Below, in pieces: positions 54,561-64,000 of a stretch of 64,000 bases of DNA. A program made the position numbers and the translations under genes. Location: the NCBI RefSeq assembly GCF_009914755.1, contig NC_060942.1; one strand, written 5' to 3'. The DNA is from the human T2T-CHM13v2.0 reference genome, Homo sapiens. The notes under the pieces were generated by a model. It did not search any database, was not told the DNA's origin, and was given only the letters and a program-made list of their open reading frames with translations. Positions within the stretch are counted from its first letter, which is position 1. Each line of letters opens with the position of its first letter.

Positions 54561-56060
54561 GACAAAAGCATTCTCAGAAACTTCTTTGTTATGTGTGTAC
54601 TCAACTCACGGAGTTGAACCTTTCTTTTGATACAGCAGTTTGGAAACACTCTTTTTGTAGAATCTGCAAGTGGATATTTAGGTAGCTTTGAGGCTTTCGT
54701 TGGAAACGGGAATGTCTTCACATAAAAACTAGATAGAAGCATCCTCAGAAATTTTTTTGTGATGCTTATATTCAACTCACAGAGTTGAACATTCCTTTTC
54801 ATAGAGCAGTTTTGAAACACTCTTTTTGAAGAATTTGTAAGTGGAAACTTGGAGCTCTTTGAGGCATATGCTGAAAAAGGAAATATCTTCCAATAAAAAC
54901 TAGACAGAAGAATTCTCAGAAACTTCCTTGTGATGTGTGCATTCAACTCAAAAAGTTGAAACATTCTTTTGATAGAGCAGATTGGAAACTATCTTTTGTA
55001 GAATTTGCAAGTGGATATTTGGACAGCTTTGAGGCCTACTCTGGAAACAGGTATATCTTCACATAAGAACTAGACAGGAGCATTCTCAGAAACTTCCCTG
55101 TGATGTTTGCATTCAACTGACAGAGTTGAGCATTCCTTTTCATAGAGCAGTTTTGAAACTCTTTTTTTGTAGAATGTGTAAGTGGTAAATTGGAACGCTT
55201 TGAGGCCTACGGTGTAAAAGGAAATATCTTCCCATAAAAACTAGACAGAAGAACTCTCAGAAACTATTTTGCGATGTGTGTACCCAACTCTCAGAGTTTA
55301 AATTTTCTTTTTACAGAGCGGTTTTGAAACTCAGTTTTTATAGAATCTGCAAGTGGATATTTGGATAGCTTTAACGGTTTGTTGGAAACGGGAATATCTT
55401 CACTTAGAAACTAGACAGAAACATACTCAGAAACTTCTTCTTGATGCTGGCATTCATCTCACAGAGTTGAACATTCATTTTCATAGAGCAGGTTTGAAAC
55501 ACTCTTTTTGTAGTATCTGGAAGTGGACATTCGGATCCCTTTGAGGCCTATGGTGGAAAAGGAAATATATTCCCATAAAAACTAGACAGAAGCATTCTCA
55601 GAAACTAGTTTGTTATGTGTGTACTCAACTAACAAAGTTGAACCTTTCTTTTGATAGAGCAGTTTTGAAACACTCTTTTTGTAGAATCTGCAAGTGGATA
55701 TTTGGATAGCTTTGTGGATTTCGTTGGAAACAGTAATATCTTCATATAAAATCTAGACAGAAGCATTCTCAGAAACATCTCTGTGATGTTTACATTCAAG
55801 TCACAGAGATGAACATTCCCTTTGATAGAGCACGTTTGAAACACTGATTTTGTAGTATCTGTAACTAGACATTTGGAGCGCTTTGAGGCCTTTGGTGAAA
55901 AAGGAAATATCTTCCCATAAAAACTAGACAGAAGCATTCTCAGAAAATTGTTTGTGATGTGTGTACTCAACTAACAGAGTTGAACCTTTCTTTTCTTAGA
56001 GCAGTTTTGAAACACTCTTTTTGTAGAATCTGCAAGGGGATATTTGGATAGCTTTGAGGA

Positions 56061-59000
56061 TTTCGTTGGAAACGGGAATATCTTCACTTAAATTGTAGAC
56101 AGAAGCATTCTCAGAAACATCTCTGTGAAGTTTGCATTCAAGTCACAGAATTGAACATTCTCTTTCATAGAGCAGGTTTGAAATACTGATTTTGTAGTAT
56201 CTGGAACTGGACATTTGGAGCACTTTGTGGCCTATGGTGAAAAAGGAAGTATCTTCACATAAAAACTAGACAGAAGCATTCTCAGAAAGTAGTATGTGAT
56301 GTGTGTACTCAACTCACAGAGTTGAACCTTTCTTTTGATAGAGCAGTTTTGAAACACTCTTTTTGAAGAATCTGCAAGTGGATATTTGGATAGCTTTGAG
56401 AATTTCGTTGGAAACGGGAATATCTTCATATAAAATCTAGACAGAAGCATTATCAGAAACTTCTTTGTGATGTTTGCATTCAAGTCACAGAGTTGAAAAT
56501 TTCTTTTCATAGAACAGGTTTGAAACACTGATTTTGTAGTATCTGGAAGTGTATAATTGGATCACTTTGTGGCCTATGGTGAAAATGGAAATATCTTTCA
56601 ATAAAAACTAGACAGAAGCATTCTCGGACAGTAGTTTGTGATGTGTGCACTCAACTAACAGGGTTGAACCTATCTTTTCATAGAGCAGTTTTGAAACACT
56701 CTTTTCGTAGAATCTGCAAGTGGATATTTGGTTAGCTTTGAGGATTTGGTTGGAAACGGGTATATCTTCCTATAAAATCTAGATCGAAGCATTCTCAGAA
56801 ACATCTTTGGGATGTTTGCATTCAAGTCACAGAGTTGAACATTCCCTTTCATAGCGCGGGTTTGAAACACTCTTTTTGTAGTATCTGGAAGTGCACATGT
56901 TGAGCGTTTTGAGGCCTATGATGAGAAAGGAAATATCTTCCCTAAAAACTAGACAGAAGCATTCTCAGAAACTTGTTTAGGATGTGTGTACTCAACTAAC
57001 AGAGGTGAAACTTTCTGTTGATAGAGTAGTTTTGAAACACTCTTTTTGTAGAATCAGCAAGTGGATATTTGACAACTTTGAGGATTTCGTTGGAAACGGG
57101 AATACCTTCATATAAAATCTAGACAGAAGGATTCTCAGAAACATTTTTGGATGTTTGCATTCAAGTCTCAGAGTTGAACATTTCTTTTCATAGAGCAAGT
57201 TTGAAACACTCTTTTTGTAGTATCTGGAAGTTCACATCTGGATCGCTTTGAAGTCTATGCTGAAAAAGGAAACATCTTTCCACAAAAACTAGACAGAAGC
57301 ATTCTCATAAACTTGTTTGTTACTTGTGTACTCAACTAACAGTATTGAACCTTTCTTTTGATAGAGCAGTTATGAAACAGTCTTTTTGTAGAATCTGCAA
57401 GTGGATATTTGGATAGCTCTAACGATTTCGTTGGATACGGGAATACCTTCATATAAAATCTACACAGAAGCATTCTCAGAAACATCTGTGTGATGTTTGC
57501 ATTCAAGTCACAGGGTCGAACATTCCCTTTCATAGAGCAGGTTTCAAACACTGATTTTGAAGTATCTGCCACTGGACATTTGGAGCACTTTGAGGCCTAT
57601 GGCGAGAAAGGAAATATCTTCCCATAAAAACTAGATAGAAGCATTCTCAGAAACTTGCTTAGGATGAGTGTACTCAACTAACAGAGTTCAACCTTTCTTT
57701 TGATAGAGCAGTTTTGAAACACTGTTTTTGTAGAGTCTGCAAGTGGATATTTGGACAGCTTTGAGGATTTCGCTGGAAACGGGAATATCTCCATATAAAA
57801 TCTAGACAGAGGCATTCTCAGAAACATCGTTGGAATGTTTGCATTCAAGTAACAGAGTTGAACATTCCCTTTCATCGAGCAGGTTTGAAACACTCTTTTT
57901 GTCGTATCTGGAACTGGACAATTGGATCGCTTTGAGGCCTATGGTGAAAAAGGAAATATCTTCCAATAAAAATTAGGCAGAAGAATTCTCAGAAACTACT
58001 TTGTGATGCGTGTCCTCAACTAACAGAGTACAACCTGTCTTTTGATACAGCAGTTTGGAAACACTCTTTTTGTAGAATCTGCAATTGGATATTTGTATAG
58101 CTTTGAGGATTTCGTTGGAAACGGGATTATCTTCCTATAAAATCTAGACAGAAGCATTCTCAGAAACATTTCTGTGATGTTTGCATTCAAGTCAAAGAGT
58201 TGAACATTCCCTTTCATAGAGCAGGATTGAAACACTGGTTTTGTAGTATCTGGAAGTGGACAATTGGAGTACTTTGTGGCCTATGGTGAAAAAGGAAATA
58301 TCTTCCGATAAAGACTAGACAGAAGCATTCTCAGAAACTAGTTTGTGATGTATGTACTCAACTAACAGAGTTGAAGCTTTCTTTTCATAGAGCAGTTTTG
58401 AAACGCTCTTTTTGTAAAATCTGAAAGTGGATATTTGGATAGCTTTCAGGATTTCATTGGAAACGGGAATATCTTCATATAAAATCTAGACAGAAGCATT
58501 CTCAGAAACGTCTTTGGGATGTTTGCATTCAAGTCACAGAGTAGAACAATCCCTTTCATAGAACAGGTTTGAAACACTCTATGGGTACTATGGTGAAAAA
58601 ATAAATATATTCCCTTAAAAACTAGACAGAAGCATTCTCATAATCTTGTTTGTGATGCGTGTACTCAACTAAGAGAGTAGAACCTTTCTTTTGATAGAGC
58701 AGTTTTGAAACACTCTTTTTGTAGTATCTGCAAGTGGATAATTGGATAGCTTTGAAGATTTCGTTGGAAACCGGAATATCTTCATATAAAATCTAGACAG
58801 AAGCATTGTCAGAAGCATCTCGGTGATGTTTGCTTTCAAATCAAAGAGTTGAACATTCGCTTTCATAGAGCAGGTTTGAAACACTGATTTTGTAGTATCT
58901 GGAACTGGACATCAGAGCGCCTTGTGGCCTATGGTGAAAAAGGAAATATCTTCCCATAAAAACTACACAGAAGCATTCTTAGAAACTTGTTTGTGATGTG

Positions 59001-62000
59001 TGCACTCAACTAACAGAGTTGAACCTTTCTTTTCATAGAGCAGTTTTGAAAAACTCTTTTTCTAGAATCTGTGAATATTTGGATAGGTTTGAGGATTTCG
59101 TTGGAAACGGGAATATCTTCATATACAATCTAGACGGAAGCATTCTCAGAAACATCTCTGTGATGTTTCCATTCAAGTCACAGAGTTGAACATTCCCTTT
59201 CATTGAGCAGGTTTGAAACACTGATTTTTTAGTATCTGGAACCGGACATTTGGAGTGCTTTGATGCCTATGGTGAGAAAGGAAGTATCTTCCCATAAAAA
59301 CAAGGTAGAAGTATTCTCAGAAACTTGTTTAGGATGTGTGTACTCAATTAAGAGAGTTGAACCTTTCTTTTGATAGATCAGTTTTGAAACAACCTTTTTA
59401 TAGAATCTGCTAGTTGATATTTAGATAACTTTGTGGATTTCATTGGAAACGGGATTATCTTCATATGAAATCTAAATAGAAGCATTCTGAGAAACTTTTT
59501 TGTCATGTTGGCATTGAAGTCACAGAGTTGAACATTCCCTTTCATAGGCCAGGTTTGAAACACTGATTTGTAGTATCTGGAACTGGACATTTTGAGCGAT
59601 TTGTGGCCTATGGTGAAAAAGGAAATATCTTCCCATAAAAACTACACAGAAGCATTCTCAGAAACTAGTTTGAGATGTGTGTAATCAATTAACAGAGTTG
59701 AACCATTTTTTGATAGAGCAGTTTTGAAACACTCTTTTTGTAGAGTCTGCAAGTGTATATTTGGATAGCTTTGAGGATTTCGTTGGAAACGGGAATATCT
59801 TCCTCTAAAATCTGGACAGAAGCCGTCTCAGAAACATCTCTGTGATGTTTCCATTCAAGTCTCAGAGTTGAAAATTCCCTTTCACAGAGAAGGTTTGAAA
59901 CACTGATTTTGTAGAATCTGGAACTGAACATTTGGAGCGCTTTGAGGCCTATGGTGAGAAATGAAATATCTTCCCATAAAAACTAGATGGAAGCTTTCTC
60001 AGAAACTTGTTTAGGATGTGTGTACTCAACTAGGAGAGTTGAACATTTCTTTTGATAGAGCAGTTTTGAAACACTCTTTTTGTAGAATCTGAAAGTGGAT
60101 ATTTGGATAGCTTTGAGGATTTCGATGGAAACAGGAATATCTTCGTATGAAATCTACACAGAAGCATTCTGAGAAAACTCTTTGTGATGTAGACATTCAA
60201 GCCATAGAGTTGAACATTCCCTTTCATAGAGCAGATTTGAAACACTCTTTTTGTAGAATCTGGAAGTGGATATTTAGAGCGCTTTCAGGCCTATGGTGAA
60301 AAAAGAAATATCTTCCCATAAACACTAGACAGAAGCATTCTCAGAATCATGTTTGTGATATGTGTACTCAACTAACGGAGTTGAACCTTTCTTTTGATAG
60401 AACGCCTTTGAAACACTGTTTTTGTAGAATCTGCAAGTGGATATTTGGATAGCTTTGAGGAATTTCTTTGGAAATGGTAATGTCTTCTTAGAAAATCTAG
60501 ACAGAAACATTCTGAGAAACACCTTTGTGATGTTCGCATTCACGTCACAGAGTTGAACATTCTCTTTCATAGAGCAGGTTTGAAACACTCTTTTTGTAGT
60601 GTCTGGAAGTGGACGTTTGGAGCGCTTTGAGGCCTATGGTGAAAAAGGTAATATCTTCCCATAAAAACTAGACAGAAGCATTCTGAGAAACTTATTTGTG
60701 ATGTGTGTCCTCAACTACCAGAGTTGACCCTTTCTTTTGATACAGCAGTTTGGAAACACTCCATTTGTAGAATCTCCAAGTGGATATTTGGATAGCTTTG
60801 AGGATTTTGTTGGAAACAGAAAAAACTTCATATAAAATCTAGACAGAAGCATTCTCAGAAAGTTCTTTGTGATGTTTGCATTCAAGTCACAGAGTTGAAC
60901 ATTCACTTTCATAGAGCAGGTTTAAAATACCCTTTTTGTAGTATCCGGAAGTGGACATTTGGAGCTCTTTGAGTCCTATGATGAAAAAGGAAATATCGTC
61001 CCATAAAAACTAGACAGAAGCATTCTAAGAAACTTGTTTATGATGTGTATATTCAACTAACAGAGTTGAACCTTTCTATTGATACAGTAGTTTTGAAACA
61101 CTCTTTTTGTGGAATCTGCAAGTGGATATTTGAATAGTTTTGAGGATTTCGTTGGAAACGGGAATATCTTCATATAAAATCTAGACAGAAGCATTCTCAG
61201 AAACCCCTTTATGATGTTTGAATTCAAGTCACAGAGGTGAACAATCCCTTTCATAGAAAAGGTTTGAAGCACTCTTTTTGTAGTATCTGGAAGTGGACAT
61301 TTGCAGCGCTTTGACGCCTATGGTGAAAAAGGAAATATCTTCCCATAAAAATAGATAGAAGCTCTCTCAGAAACTTATTTATACTGTGTTTCCTCAACTA
61401 ACAGAGTTTAACTTTGTTTCGATATAGCAGTTTTGAAAAACTCTTCTCATGGAATTTGCAAGTGGATATTTGAATAGCTTTGAGGATTTCGTTGGAAGCC
61501 GGAATATCTTCATAAAAAATCTAGACAGAAGAATTCTGAGAAACTTCCTTGTGATGTTTTCATTCAAGTCATAGAGTTGAACATTCTCTTACATAGAGCA
61601 GGTTTGAAACACTTTTTTTGTAGTATCTGGAAGTGGACATTTTGAGCGCTTTGAGGCCTATGGTGAAAAAGGAAATATCTTCCAATGAAAACTAGATAGA
61701 AACATTCTCAGAGACTTGTTTACGATGTGTGTACTCAACCAACAGAGCTGAACCTTTCTATTGGTAGAGCAGTATTGAAACACTGTTTTTGTGGAATCTG
61801 CAAGTGGATATTTGGACAGCTTTGAGGATTTTGTTGGAAAAGGGTATATGTTACTATAGAAAGTAGACAGCAGCATTCTAAGAAACTACTTTGTGATGTT
61901 TGCATTCAAGTCAGAGAGTTAAACACTCCCTTTTACAGAGCAGGTTTGAAACACTCTTTTTGTAGTATCTGGAAGTGGACTTTTAGAGCGCTTTTTGGCC

Positions 62001-63897
62001 TATGGTGAAAAAGTAAATATCTTCCCATAAAAACTAGACAGAAGCATTCTTAGAAACTTGTATGTGATGTGTGTACCCAACTAACAGAGTTGAACGTTTC
62101 TTTTGATAGAGCAGTTTTGAAACACTCTTTTTGTGGAATCTGCAAGTGGATATTTGTATAGCCTTGAGGATTTCGTTGGAAACGGGAATATCTTCATATC
62201 AAAAGTAGACAGCAGCATTCTCAGAAACTTCTTTGAGATGTCAGCATTCAAGTCACAGAGTTGAACATTCCCTTCCATAGAGCAGGTTTGAAACACTCTT
62301 TTTGTAGTATGTGGAAGTTGACATTTAGAGTGCATTGAGGCCTACGGTGAAAAAGGAAATATCTTCCCATAAAAATTAGAAGGAAGCATTCTCAGAAACT
62401 TGTTTGTGATGTGTGTACTCAACTAACAGAGTTGAACCTTTCTATTGATAGATCAGTTTGGAAACAGTCTTTTTGTGGAATCTGCAAGTGGATATTTGGA
62501 TAGTTTTAACGATTTCTTTGGAAACGGGAATATCTTCATATAAAATCTAGACAGAAGCATTCTCAGAAACTGCTTTGTGATGTCTGCATTCAAGTCAAAG
62601 AGTTGAACATTCCCTTTCATAGAGCAGGTTTGTAACACTCTTTCTGTAGTATCTGGAAGTGAACATTTGGAGCGCTTTGACGCCTATGGTGAAAAAGGAA
62701 ATATCTTCCCATAAAAACTAGACAGAAGCATTCTCAGAAACTTGTTTAGAATGTGTGTACTCCACTAACAGAGTTGAAACTTTCTATTGATAGAGCTGTT
62801 TTGAAACACTCTTTTTGTGGAATCTACAAGTGGATAATTGGATAGCTTTGAGGATTTCGTTGGAAACGGGAATATCTTCATATAAAATCTAGACAGAAGC
62901 ATTCTCGGAAACTTCTTTGTGATGTCTGCATTCAAGTCACAGGGTTGAACCTTCCCTTTCATAGAGCAGGTTTGAAGCACTCTTTTTGTAGTATATGGAA
63001 GTGGACATTTGGAGCGCTTTGAGGCCTATGGTGAAAAAGGAAATATCTTCCCATAAAAACTAGACAGAAGCATTCTGAGAAACTGATTTGTGTTGTGTGT
63101 CCTCAACTACCAGAGTTGACCCTTTCTTTTGATACAGCAGTTTGGAAACACTCTTTTTGTAGAATCTGCAAGTGGATATTTGGATAGATTTGATGATTTC
63201 TTTGGAAACAGGAATATCTTCATATACAATCTAGACAGAAGCATTCTCAGAAACTTCTTTGTGATGTTTGCATTCAACTCATAGAGTTGAACATTCCCTT
63301 TCATAGAGCAGGTTTGAAACACTCTTTTTGTAGTATCTTGAAGTGGACATTTCAAGCGCTGTGACGCCTACAGTGAAAAAGTAAATATCTTCCCATATAA
63401 ACTAGACAGAAGCATTCTCAGAAACTTGTTTGTGATGTGTGTACTCAACTAACAGAGTTGAACCTTTGTTTTGACAGAGCAGTTTTGAAACACTCTTTTT
63501 GTAGAATCTGCAAGTGGATATTTGGATAGCTTTAACGATTTCGTTGGAAACGGGAATATCTTCATATAAAATCTAGGCAGAAGCAATCTCAGAAGCTTCT
63601 TTGTGATATCTGCATTCAAGCCACAGAGTTGAACATTCCCTTTCATAGAGGAGGTTTGAAACACTCTTTTTGTAGTATCTGGAAGTGGATATTTGGAGCG
63701 CTTTTACGCCTGTCGTGAAAAAGGAAATATCTTCTCATAAAAACTAGACAGAAGCATTCTCAGAAACTTGTTTGTGATGTATGTAGTCAACCAACAGAGT
63801 TGAACCTTTCTATTGATAGAGCAGTTTTGAAACAATCTTTTTGTGGAATCTGCAAGTGGATATTTGGATAGCTTTGAGGATTTCGTTGGAAACGGGA
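56061..63897 (+). promoter_or_regulatory. 13 core-intact CENP-B boxes in layer 5
   Basis: 17-mers start at 56061, 56403, 57085, 57426, 57768, 58110, 59096, 59778, 61147, 62171, 62855, 63539, 63881 (counted by eye). Confidence 0.87.
63025..63041 (+). promoter_or_regulatory. pJalpha (A-box) motif, representative copy
   Basis: CTATGGTGAAAAAGGAA matches CTAYGGTGRAAAAGGAA. It occupies the same monomer position as the CENP-B box in A-type monomers throughout, including at position 1 (CTATGGTGGAAAAGGAA). Confidence 0.75.
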
Positions 63898-64000
63898 ATA
63901 CATATAAAAAGTGGCAGCATTCTCAGAAACATCTTTGTGATGTTTGCATTCAAGTCACAGAGTTGAACATTCCCTTTCATAGAGCAGGTTTGATACACTG

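Larger units (their letters stand above)
45992..54711 (+). promoter_or_regulatory. 11 core-intact CENP-B boxes in layer 4
   Basis: 17-mers matching nTTCGnnnnAnnCGGGn start at 45992, 46846, 50256, 50769, 51281, 51623, 52136, 53158, 53499, 54353, 54695 (counted by eye). Confidence 0.85.
45451..55550 (+). repeat. Layer 4: transitional SF5-to-SF2 (SF02-like) alpha satellite with decayed multimeric repeats
   Basis: GTGTGTACTCAACTCAC, GGTGAAAAAGG, GGATAGCTTTGAGGATTTCG and CATTCCTTTTCATAG appear, but A/B order is still irregular (AB and ABB runs) and CAACTAAC/CAAGTCAC are not yet fixed. Confidence 0.65.
1..64000 (+). repeat. Alpha satellite (ALR/Alpha) tandem array, ~171-bp monomers, single orientation
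   Basis: The hallmark string CTTCACATAAAAACTAGACAGAAGCATTCTSAGAAACTTCTTTGTGATGTGTGCATTCAWCTCACAGAGTTGAAC...TTTTGTAGAATCTGCAAGTGGAYATTTGG recurs every ~171 bp from the first to the last line. Confidence 0.99.
55551..64000 (+). repeat. Layer 5: diverged SF2-like (D1/D2) dimeric alpha satellite, ~342-bp period
   Basis: Strict alternation of ...CTTCCCATAAAAAC-GTACTCAACTAACAGAG-GGATAGCTTTGAGGATTTCGTTGGAAACGGGA with ...CATATAAAATCTAGAC-GCATTCAAGTCACAGAG-CCCTTTCATAGAGCAGG-GTAGTATCTGGAAG. There are 25 B-box positions ~342 bp apart. Confidence 0.85.

Noticed and set aside
441-63998. All ORFs in the supplied track as protein-coding genes
   Set aside because: Each is a translation of the satellite monomer. 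They are frequently broken by stops and 1-2-bp indels, overlap on both strands and show no recognisable domain or gene structure.
1-64000. CRISPR-like repeat-spacer array
   Set aside because: The sequence between conserved motifs is itself homologous from unit to unit. There are no unique spacers and no cas genes, and the DNA is primate satellite.

Overview
All 64 kb is primate (most likely human) centromeric/pericentromeric alpha satellite: about 375 head-to-tail ~171-bp monomers on one strand, with no inversion, Alu/L1 or unique DNA that I could see. None of the ORFs in the track is a credible gene; they arise because 171 bp = 57 codons and one minus-strand frame of the consensus is stop-poor. 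The structure lies in the repeat itself, which forms five successive layers: (1) 1-36.5 kb, an old A-type, roughly dimeric layer with no CENP-B boxes, containing a young 22-monomer (3.76-kb) higher-order repeat (HOR) mini-array of 7 copies at 3937-27246, three of them structurally rearranged; (2) 36.5-40.45 kb, an SF4-like monomeric block; (3) 40.45-45.45 kb, an SF5-like irregular A/B layer where CENP-B boxes first appear; (4) 45.45-55.55 kb, a transitional SF02-like layer with decayed multimeric repeats; (5) 55.55-64 kb, a strict but diverged SF2-like (D1/D2) dimer. This fits an old-to-young gradient running toward an active SF2 centromere to the right of the window. Family names come from my recollection of consensus features and need HMM confirmation. 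Fine-scale repair and recombination scars are also readable: conversion tracts, an out-of-register microhomology deletion, a hairpin-templated insertion inside a CENP-B box site, and a 27-bp duplication at a layer boundary. I found no evidence of a new protein-coding system.
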